A stretch of DNA of 36,935 nucleotides from a virus. Its lineage: Duplodnaviria; Caudoviricetes. The stretch spans positions 1-36,935 of IMG/VR virus record IMGVR_UViG_3300020414_002756; one strand, written 5' to 3'. The notes beneath the pieces were generated by a model, which saw only the letters and a list, made by a program, of their open reading frames with translations, was not told the DNA's origin and did no database searches. The stretch's first letter is position 1; every line of letters starts with the position of its first letter. This document shows positions 1-9,700 of the stretch, piece after piece. The translations under genes and the position numbers were made by a program.

Positions 1-2
1 GC

Positions 3-1034
3 GAGAAAACCCAAAGCACAACAAAAACAACCGCCGGAGTTGACGAAGGTCAGTTGAATGAAATTTATAATCTTATGGATGTATATTGTCATCCATTCAC
101 TAGTGGCGGTCAAGAGATACCAATTCAAGAAGCCAAGCTTACCGAACTCGTCACATTAGTCACTAATTATAGTTGCGGTGAAGATTGCTGTGTAGACGAG
201 GCTGCAAGCCTTCCATTGAGCTGGACAGAGTATCGCGAGCCGGGCACTCAATTCATCAAAGCAAGTACCGATCCAAAGAGCATTGCATATCAACTTCGCA
301 AGGTATTTGAAATGAAGCCAGAGAAGCGCACAAAAATGGGCAAGCAGGCTCGACAATTCGTTAAAGACAACTATAGCGTAGAAGTTATAGGAAAACAATT
401 AGAAGAGATTTTAGATGCCATGCCGGACATCGAGTGGGACTTTGACTTTAAGATCGAGGAGCGCGACGCGAATTATGAACCCCCAGAGATTGAAAGCGAC
501 GCAGAATGGATATCTGATCTTTACAAAAATATACTCAAAGTAGAAACAAACCCAACGGAAGATGGTCACAAACATTGGATGCAACGACTTGGCGACGATC
601 TCTCTCGCGCAGATGTTTTAAAATATTTTCGCAGTGTTGCAGAAAAGGAAAATCGCGAAAACAAGAAAGTGGACCTTGGTGATTTATTGGATAAAGATGA
701 CGAAGGTAAACGGCTATTGATCGTGATGCCCGAGAGAATAGGAGATGTTTATCTTTCCACCTCACTATTACCAAACATTCGTAAACAATATCCAGATCTT
801 AATATTTATTATGCAACAAGACCACAATATTTTGAAGTATTAGACGGAAATCCATATATTCATAAATGTATACCCTACCATGATTCACTAGCAAACCTAC
901 CGCTCATGGAAGGACAAGGAGAAAATAGTGGATATTTTGAGATTGCATTTATACCATTTCTTGGCACACAACGAATAATCAATTTCACACACAACGCCAA
1001 AGACAAAATACAATTTGATTTATGCACCTCGTAG
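3..1034 (+). CDS. Multidomain glycosyltransferase, 5'-truncated: GT4-like C-terminal half, DUF4214-like helical domain, N-terminal half of a GT9 (heptosyltransferase-like) fold
   Basis: The frame is open from base 3, so the TTG at 54 is internal. GT-B motifs are 'LNEIYNLMDVYCHPFTSGGQEIPIQEAKL' and 'KMGKQARQFVKDNYSVEVIGKQLEEIL'. 'WISDLYKNIL...DGHKHWMQRL...SRADVLKYF' is DUF4214-like. 'LLIVMPERIGDVYLSTSLLPNIRKQYPD...VLDGNPYI' resembles the WaaC/WaaF N-terminus. Confidence 0.75.
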   Translation, partial: EKTQSTTKTTAGVDEGQLNEIYNLMDVYCHPFTSGGQEIPIQEAKLTELVTLVTNYSCGEDCCVDEAASLPLSWTEYREPGTQFIKASTDPKSIAYQLRKVFEMKPEKRTKMGKQARQFVKDNYSVEVIGKQLEEILDAMPDIEWDFDFKIEERDANYEPPEIESDAEWISDLYKNILKVETNPTEDGHKHWMQRLGDDLSRADVLKYFRSVAEKENRENKKVDLGDLLDKDDEGKRLLIVMPERIGDVYLSTSLLPNIRKQYPDLNIYYATRPQYFEVLDGNPYIHKCIPYHDSLANLPLMEGQGENSGYFEIAFIPFLGTQRIINFTHNAKDKIQFDLCTS

Positions 1035-2191
1035 AACAATACGCATTATCATGTGGAGTAAAGATAGACTCTCCACACATTGAAACATCATACTTTCCTA
1101 TTTCATCAAAAAAGTATATTACATTACATGCAAGCAATCGTATACAATCCAAAACATACGACTATTATAATGACGTAATGGATCTCGTGCATCCGTATCT
1201 AAAAGAAAACGATATTGATGTAATACAAATTGGCAGCAAAGACGAACAAAAAATTGGACGCTGTATACATCATCAAGGACAAACCACAATCAAACAAGCT
1301 GCATATATTATACAAAATAGTTTATTACATTTTGGCACCGATTCATTCAGTACGCATGTAGCAAGTGGATTCAACAAAAAAATAATTAGTTTATATTCTA
1401 CATTATACAAAGAATGTTGTGGGCCGTATTGGGGTGACGCGAATGATCACGTATTGCTTGAACCTGATAGGAGCAAAAGTAAAGCAAGTTTCTCTGACAA
1501 CGAGTATCCAAAAACAATCAATACAATTATGCCTGAAACTATCGCCTGTGCGATTCTCGACCAGCTTGGCATTAAGCATACAATCAACACAATAGAAACA
1601 CTTCATATCGGCGCGGCATACCATGCAGGATCGCTTGCAATTGTACCAAACCATATCATGCCCAAAAACTTTGCCCCAGGCCAACCTGCAAACATTCTCG
1701 GCGACGAACACTTCGACGAAGAAAACATTGCGCGATGGGCAAACACACGCAAGGTAAACATTTTTCTCAAACAACCAATGCAAACCAATTACTTGCAAGC
1801 CGTAAAGAAAAACATCCATCAAATCAATTATTTCGTGCAGCCAGATGACGACGAATCATTTTTCAAAGCAGTCAAAAAATTAGGCATAAACCTAAAACTA
1901 ATATGCAAAGATCCAAACACTATAAATGACCTGCGATTAAAATTTTTCGATTGGGATGTTAGCTTTATAGAAAATAAAACAAAAAAAGACATTGACAACT
2001 GGGAAAAAATATGCAATAATAGTCGTTATAAAAGCGCTCAAATTATATCATCAAATAATCAATTGTATGCAAGTAAGACTGCTTGGCGTCACGACATTCC
2101 TGGCACCCACAATGAGATTATTGACTGCGATGAATTTTGGGAAGACGCAATCAATCTAAAAATTTATAATGACAACAATGGCACCACGTAA
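1022..2191 (+). CDS. GT9 (ADP-heptose:LPS heptosyltransferase-like) C-terminal half plus unknown C-terminal domain
   Basis: 'YITLHAS...SKTY...VIQIGS...GQTTIKQAAYIIQNSLLHFGTDSFSTHVASGFNKKIISLY' matches the GT9 donor-binding domain (DSG-x-x-H-A-like motif). It overlaps the upstream gene by 13 nt. Confidence 0.72.
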   Translation: MHLVEQYALSCGVKIDSPHIETSYFPISSKKYITLHASNRIQSKTYDYYNDVMDLVHPYLKENDIDVIQIGSKDEQKIGRCIHHQGQTTIKQAAYIIQNSLLHFGTDSFSTHVASGFNKKIISLYSTLYKECCGPYWGDANDHVLLEPDRSKSKASFSDNEYPKTINTIMPETIACAILDQLGIKHTINTIETLHIGAAYHAGSLAIVPNHIMPKNFAPGQPANILGDEHFDEENIARWANTRKVNIFLKQPMQTNYLQAVKKNIHQINYFVQPDDDESFFKAVKKLGINLKLICKDPNTINDLRLKFFDWDVSFIENKTKKDIDNWEKICNNSRYKSAQIISSNNQLYASKTAWRHDIPGTHNEIIDCDEFWEDAINLKIYNDNNGTT

Positions 2192-3005
2192 ATCACAATC
2201 TTCAACAGAACAATCTGTAACCTACGAATCAGAAGTAGTAGTAAAAAAACAAAAAACAACATATCCTAAAAATTATGCTGATGGACCAGGACGCTTCAAA
2301 CGAAATAGTTTTGGATTATTAGATAATGTAGATTATACATTCGCAGATGATGGATCTGTTAATTGGAGAAGTATGATTAAAGATGAACACTTGTTTCCCA
2401 ACAAGTCATGGTTTGATATGCGACGCAAAGATGTACCGCGAACAATTGACGGTCTCGGCGATCACCAACTACTCATCAAGCTTAGCGGAATCAAAGAGTT
2501 GGCCAAGCTGCGTGGATTTAGTGATGTAGCATATGAAGTTGTTAAGTGTGAGCCTGATCATGTAGCAGTAATTTGCAGAGTTACATTTTTACCAAACTAC
2601 GAAACTGGTGGCAAAGCTGTAGTGTTTCAAGATATGGCAAATGCAACACTAAATAACACTAGTAATTTCGCTACTAAATTTTTGGAAACCATTGCATGTA
2701 ACAGAGCATTTGTTCGTGCGGTTAGAAACTTCTTAAATGTTCATATTGTGGGCGACGATGAAATCGACAAGTCTACTGCGCCAGCCCCTACAGCTAATAC
2801 TAACATGGGCCTTACTCCATCATCGATGGTAGAGGGTTTAGCAAAAGAAAAATTAAGCTGCGCAAACTTTGAAGAATTTCGCACTGTACTTCGCGACTGG
2901 TGGCAATCAGGAAAATATAAAAACAACGACGTAAAAGACTGGAACGACTATGATGATATTCCTGCGGCTCAGGCAAGAATATTAATGAAGTTAATTAACA
3001 GTTAA
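2169..3005 (+). CDS. Putative single-strand annealing protein (Rad52/Sak/Redbeta-like superfamily)
   Basis: The core 'IKLSGIKELAKLRG...VAVICRVTF...QDMANAT...FLETIACNRAFVRAVRNFLNVHIVGDDEI' resembles the SSAP beta-beta-beta-alpha core ending in A-x-x-RA-x-x-RA-x-R...EE. A Pro/Ala/Thr linker and a small C-terminal domain follow. The start could be 2178. Confidence 0.5.
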   Translation: MTTMAPRKSQSSTEQSVTYESEVVVKKQKTTYPKNYADGPGRFKRNSFGLLDNVDYTFADDGSVNWRSMIKDEHLFPNKSWFDMRRKDVPRTIDGLGDHQLLIKLSGIKELAKLRGFSDVAYEVVKCEPDHVAVICRVTFLPNYETGGKAVVFQDMANATLNNTSNFATKFLETIACNRAFVRAVRNFLNVHIVGDDEIDKSTAPAPTANTNMGLTPSSMVEGLAKEKLSCANFEEFRTVLRDWWQSGKYKNNDVKDWNDYDDIPAAQARILMKLINS

Positions 3006-3738
3006 TTTTACTTTTTATTTCGTCGAGTTCGGCGCGCATTTCGTCAATTATTTTTTGCTGGTCTTGTATAGCGCCAACCAATAAAGGTACCATTTTGTCG
3101 TACTTCATTGCAAGATAACCATCTGGTCGCTCGGTTACAATTTCTGGAGCTATAGCTTGTACCTGTTGCGCAATCAATCCAATATCATGTCCGACGTAAG
3201 TGCTTTGTTTTTCACTCCAATTAAATTCTACTGGATCGAGTGTAGATATCTTTTGCAGTGATCCAGATATCGGGGATTGATCATCTTTCAATCTACCATC
3301 AGATGTAACAAAAGCTACTACATCTCCAGTTGCGGATATATTCCCGGAAACAAGCATGTCTCCATTGATTGTAGCGCCTCCCCTCTTTACTGTCATCTGT
3401 CCCCACACATTCATTCCGCGATAACATCCAACATTAAATGAATTATCTTCTACGTCAGTTACGCCTTCTATTCCAATATAATCACCAATAATATGACAAT
3501 TGTATTTGCCACTAATATAATTATTTGATCCTTGTATAATACTACATCTTCTACTATTTATTATTTCATTATCATTACCAGCACCAATTAAATTATTATC
3601 ATTATAATAATCATCATATCTATTGTCATTGTTAGCCAATGGACCAGCGGTTAAAGAAGTTCTATCAATAAGCGAAGTATTTATTGCATCATTATTATCT
3701 GTTGATACGCCTGGTGGATTTGGATCTGGTATTGCCAT
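2995..3738 (-). CDS. Short tail-fibre protein with C-terminal peptidase S74 intramolecular chaperone
   Basis: The sequence 'TSDGRLKDDQSPI...LQKISTLDPVEFNW...DIGLIAQQVQAIAPEIV...YLAMKYDKMVPLLVGAIQ' plus a terminal coiled coil is S74-like. Upstream are beta-helix-like repeats 'NNLIGAGNDNEI', 'SIIQGSNNYISG'. It overlaps the convergent gene by 11 nt. Confidence 0.88.
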   Translation of the reverse strand: MAIPDPNPPGVSTDNNDAINTSLIDRTSLTAGPLANNDNRYDDYYNDNNLIGAGNDNEIINSRRCSIIQGSNNYISGKYNCHIIGDYIGIEGVTDVEDNSFNVGCYRGMNVWGQMTVKRGGATINGDMLVSGNISATGDVVAFVTSDGRLKDDQSPISGSLQKISTLDPVEFNWSEKQSTYVGHDIGLIAQQVQAIAPEIVTERPDGYLAMKYDKMVPLLVGAIQDQQKIIDEMRAELDEIKSKINC

Positions 3739-3749
3739 TTTTTTAAAAA

Positions 3750-6700
3750 TTAAGTTAAATTAACCCAGGAGTTTGACGAGTAATAGTAACCTCTTAATTT
3801 ATTATCTGAAGTTCTATCAAAAAACACCCAATTACTATCGCTATTATAATAAGCATACAAACCCTCTGTATTAGGATTATATATATCAAACTTATACATG
3901 TTTTCTTCTTCTGGCCTTAAAAGCCAATACCAACCATGTTTATTATTATGGAATTCAGAGAAATAAATCCATATTCCATTTATAGGCTCATCTATATACG
4001 CAAAAGCATGAACGCTTGGAATAAAAGACCAATCAAAATTTAAAGAGTAAATCCACCCTTTACTAGAAAGACCCCTTAATGCACCTGCCCCTTGAGAGTA
4101 GAAAGCTCCAATCCATGATTCTGTGGTCCAACCTCCCTCAGTTAAAGTCAAAGAAGAGTCTCCTGTTCCAAGAATATATTTTGAATATAAATCATTATCG
4201 AAATCCAAAACGGGCTCATAACTTCCGGTTGGACCAGATAGAAGATTATTTCCTCCGTTTAATATTATCTGGCCTGCGCCTCCACTAATCGTATTATAAA
4301 TTCCACAGCCTATAAAATTTGCACCTTGATGATTTCCAGGCTCCAATAAAGTCATTTGATTATGCCACCCACCCCCGATAAAAGAAAAATTATCTCTGCA
4401 TAACCCACTATAACCTCCAGCTATAGTAGAAAACCTTCCTTGGATTTCGTTCCATGCGCCACCAACTATACTAGATCCAATATTCTGAAATTCTTCTGTA
4501 GAGTTTTGAATAAAATCATTATTATACCCACCCCCAATAAAACTAGTCAATTCATCAGTTTGTCCTAGTTCAAAAACTCCAGTATAAATAATATTTTCAT
4601 CTATTACGGTATTATTAATAAACGAACCTGCGATTTCAAGCTTGCCGGATTTACTATCTAATCGAATGTACCCTGTTTGTCCTATTATTCCTGTGCCACC
4701 AACATCAAAAACAACACCATCGTCGGTGCGTGCGAGAAGAAACCCGGGTGTATCGTAGTTTTCGGTTGTAGAAGTTAATTCTTGATACGGCTCAGTATTT
4801 ACATTCAATAAACCACCAGTAAATCCATTAGAAACAATAGCTCCACTAAAGCCATAATCTCCGATTATTAGTTTATCTGTGATATATGCTTCTTCAGTTA
4901 ATAATATATTGGTTGCTACATTATCAAATTCATCGCCGAATTCTAGCCAATAGGTTGAATTTAAAGTCCCTACTCCCTGTTGAGTACTTATATAAGGAGG
5001 GAAATCTTGACTGGATATATTTGGGATATCTTTTATGCATATATAGTATTTAGTGTTCGGGTCTCCATAATATTGAGTTGTGCCCGACATGTATCCATCA
5101 TAATAAACTATATCACCTCGACCAGGATCAGTAGATGTGCTTGGGATATTTATGTATAATGTATCTTTATCCCATTGACCTCTATATGTTGGACTCAAAC
5201 CATTATTTCCATTGTCCCCTTTATCTCCTCCTCTTGCAGCGTATACGGTTTCGGAAACAGAAACGCTATTATAAGTAAAGGTTATTGTTATTGCGGAGGT
5301 ATTATTTCCCGAAACAGTGATATTTGTTCCTCCGGTAGATGAAAGAGTTCCAGTCGTCGAGTTTAAAACTACTGTTGCGGTTTTTGTATTTAAGAGAGAT
5401 CCATTTTTGTAAAATTCTGCGGTGAGAGTAGAATTACTTGTTGACGACCAACTTCCATCGTTTTTGTCTTGAATGTATGCCAAGGATTGATTCGATGTTA
5501 CAGAACCAACGATCGCATCTTCTCCATCGGTGACATCTATTAAAGTGATAGTATCGTAAACCGTAGAACCCTCCTTAAGTTCCACCAAAACACTTCCGTT
5601 TATTTGAGAAGCGTTAAAAGTTTCATCATATCCTTTATCTGAAGTTCCAACGTATAACTTTATATTTCCAGAAGATATTTTAGAATCAACTCCGTCTATT
5701 ATTTGTCTTGCTTCTACCTCCAAAGAGCCGGAAGAGTTTTTTAAAGCTGTTCCGCTGGTAGGTTTAATGTAATATACGCTAGGGCTATTTCCATCGTCCC
5801 CAACTCTTCCATCAATAACCCTTGTTATCGTTGTTGATCTTTCTAGTTCTGATTTATTGCTTTTTGCAGTGATAACAACAGAATCGGCAATTTGATCATA
5901 ATACTCTAAAATACCACTAAATCCCGTTAAATCAAAAGTAGCGCTAGCAGTTTTCCTTTCAGTATCTTGATTAAAGTTTCCAGTAAGATAAGTAAACCCG
6001 CTGATATTATTGTAATTTCCATTGCTGTCGTGATCATCATAACCAAAAACATCATGTCTCTGACTGCCGCTAACAGCTTCCATCTTGAATCTTACTCCCG
6101 ATGGCTCAACTCTACTGTTTCTAAAGGTGGTTCGAATATCTATACCTGTCGGACAATCATCCGCGGGCTCGAAAGTTCCATCTTGTCTTTCGTGATATGT
6201 AAAAAATTGTGGACTCAAGTCAATATCCACAAAATCAAAATCCAATGCGCGACTACTTCTGAGCCCTCCGTAAAGAATCAATTTTTCATCTTCGAAAGTT
6301 AGTGCTCCTTCCCCATGCTGAAAAGCAAAAGTTCCATCTCCACTCAATACGAAACCAGTTTCGGGCTGAATATAATTTATTCCATCAAAACCAACACTAG
6401 CAATAGATCCATATTGATCTGTATTATTTCCTCCGCTATGAGTTATTTCTATTCTATGACCTTTTATTTGTCCGGCAGTTATTTTGTCTGCACTTAGATC
6501 ATTTATTTGTGCATTTATTATTGCAGCTTCGGCAATGTTTGCAGTACCAATCAATGCATTAGCAAATGCATGAAACACTGGTGTTGCGTTTCCATCGGTT
6601 ACTCGTGCAATTATAAAGTCTCCGTCATTAAAATCTGTAAAACTTGGATCAGCTTCTTTTGTGGTCGCAGGATGAACCGCGCCTGTATTGTAGTAATTGT

Positions 6701-9700
6701 TTCCTGTTTGCCACCAAATGTAACCGTTTGTCAAGCCTTCTGAACTCGGAGATATATTATACTTTTGTCCAGTATGATAAAGCTCATGATTATTCCATCC
6801 GTTTTGAATATCATCAAATGGATTGTTTGGGTTGAGCGCGATTGTGTTATAAAACTTATTGGTTATTGATGATTCGAAGCCAGAAATATTGGTTGCTTGT
6901 ACCTGCCCTAAAGTTAAAGTTAAACCCGAAATAGGATCATTAATTCCTGGTTGAGTTCCACCAACAAACGGACTTTTATTTCCTGCGAAATCTACAGCTC
7001 GTATCCAGAAACTGCGTGTGTCATTTGTTTCGCCTGGATATACAACCTCAGAAGAAGGGCTGTTCGCTGGAACATTAAATATATTTTCCGCACCATATAT
7101 ATACCTAGCTGGATCAGGATCTTCTTTAGGTATCTCTCCAACATTATAGGCGACACCTTGTATTTTTCTGTATCCTGTATTTTGAGACTCAATCCAATTG
7201 ATCGCTTGCGTTTCAGTTACCCCGCTCCTTAGATACTTATCCTCGCTTGCCCAAACTTCATAATGATCAATATCATTCTCTGTCCAGTTTAATAATTTTG
7301 TTGAACCTGGTTCATAATCCGTATTTGGAGCGTTCCAATTCAAGAAATAATTTTCAAATGCGGCGGATCCGCTAAAATTAGATATCTTACCGGGTACTGC
7401 GCCAGCAGCAACTGTTGGATCTGCGCGAAGAACTCGGCCGGGCATAACATTAGGATTTGGATTATTGTATCTTTTTGGATATACAATCACTTGATCAACC
7501 GATCCATCTGGCACATTATACAACACACCACTACCAAAATCATCAAACGGCAATATCTTATAATAGTATCCTGTTATTTGATCGACTCCATTGATTGACG
7601 GTATTGGCGGCTCGTCTATTATTTGATTTATGTTTTCTCCAAAGGCGGCGTCCTCTGCGCCAAGAGTAATTGAAACAAGAGTAGAATCAGCATTTTTATA
7701 CAAACTTCCACCAACAACATCCTTAGAGCTATTAGATGATAATGTTAAGTTTTCATCGTCAATAATAGTATCAACGCTAAATATTTGATCTTCAATTTTT
7801 ATAACAGAATCATTACTTAACTCAGATAGAAATAATGTATTGATTCCCGACACCTCATTTGAACCAGAACTTACATCCACGGATCCACCAATTTGAGAAA
7901 CTACTTTTTCGTAAGGCAATCCATCAGCGCCAGTAATATCAAACACATCTCCAGTTGATCGATACAAATGCACTTTTGTTGTTTTTTCTTGAAAGCCCAG
8001 CGCATAATTGAAACTAAATTTTACTTTTGTTGCTTCGCTTGTGCTATCAACTTTGAATCCTTCTGTTAATATATATGGCGCGGGATTGTCGGCATTTAAA
8101 TTTGCTTTGTTTACAATATTTCCTTTTTTGTCTACAATACCAAGTTCTATTCCAACACCCCTCTTTCCACTTTGAGGTATACCAACGTGACCAAATACAA
8201 TATCACTATATTGATCATTCAATTCCCAGAATGGCAACCAATTTGTATCTTGATAGCTTGACAAGATAGTATCACCTTCATTTGTGCGCGCAACAATCGG
8301 TCCACCAGCAGGATTATTTTGAGTACATTGATAAATAAAATTATTACTATAAACTAAATCTCCGGCTTGATAATTGGCTCCAAGATCTTGTCCATTTGAA
8401 GTGTTTGCCCAGAAACTAGATCCCACAGAAGGAGTTTGTCCTTGGCTTGACTGAACACCGCTCCACACATCATTTGCATAAACCACAAAACTTCCTGCGC
8501 TATACTGTGCTTGTGCGCTCCAATCTGAAATCGCAAACTCATAAGCTGGCGCAAAAACATCAAAAAACTCTCCATTTGCGGCAAGGTTTTCTGGATTAAG
8601 TTTTTCCCAATTTGATGTACTCGAAAATGGATAACTACTATTATTGTTTATTGTGGATCTAAAGTAAGAACACTTAATGTCCTCAAATATATCCAACCTT
8701 ATCCAATATTCTGTATTCTCCGGCAATACAATTTCTTCAACAGCTATATCATTCAAGCATTCATATATCGCACCATTATAAAAAACAAAGTCCCCAGGAT
8801 TGTATGTTGCTTGTTCGCTAAAAATTGACACGTTTTGATCTGGAGATAATACAATATCTCCAATATCGTATGTTTGTGTTTCATCAAACAATCCATTTGT
8901 TGCGCTTGCATCTGCGCCAAAATCGGTGGTTGTTACATATACATTATTTTTATATACAAATTTATCAGATGTTGCCGCAGAATATGTTTCTGATTCTTTC
9001 CATACAGAATATACTGGAGCAATTGTATTATTGTTTGTATTAGAAGTATATATATTATAATTCGACAACGTATGATCGCCCAAATTATATGTTGCTTGAT
9101 CGTTGTAGTTTTGATAATCAGATGGAAATCCCCCGATTCCATATATCGAATTATTCAATTCGCGCGTATATTTATATTGATCAAATACTTTTGTTGATGG
9201 AAGATTCGCATTAACAATAAGATCTCCATTTTCATCAAAATCTAAACTTTTAGAATTATAACCTTCTGTGATTCCTGTTATGGTTTGTTGAGTATGCACA
9301 TCATACAGTGAACCACTAAGGCCCAAAAGTGATGGGCTATCTGCTCCGCCAAACAAAAACTTATACTGATTTATATCAACAAGATTACCATCTTGATCAA
9401 CAATATCCCAATTAAATACAAGATCATCCTTGACCTCTCTAAAGCGAAGGTTATCTATTTTTATATTAGTAATCAATGGATCAAGCACACTATCAGGATC
9501 ATCTTGATCAACCAATCCATTATTCGTAAAGTTATATACTTTCCCTAGACCAAATCCATCATATGGTTGAAACGTATAATAATATTCATAACCCCACAAT
9601 TGAGAAACAGAAAATGTGTTATTGTAATCATCTGAAGAGGAAAGGGTTGCGTCTTCTGTTAGGTTTTTATTTAAATCATCTACCGAAGAAAAATAATTAA

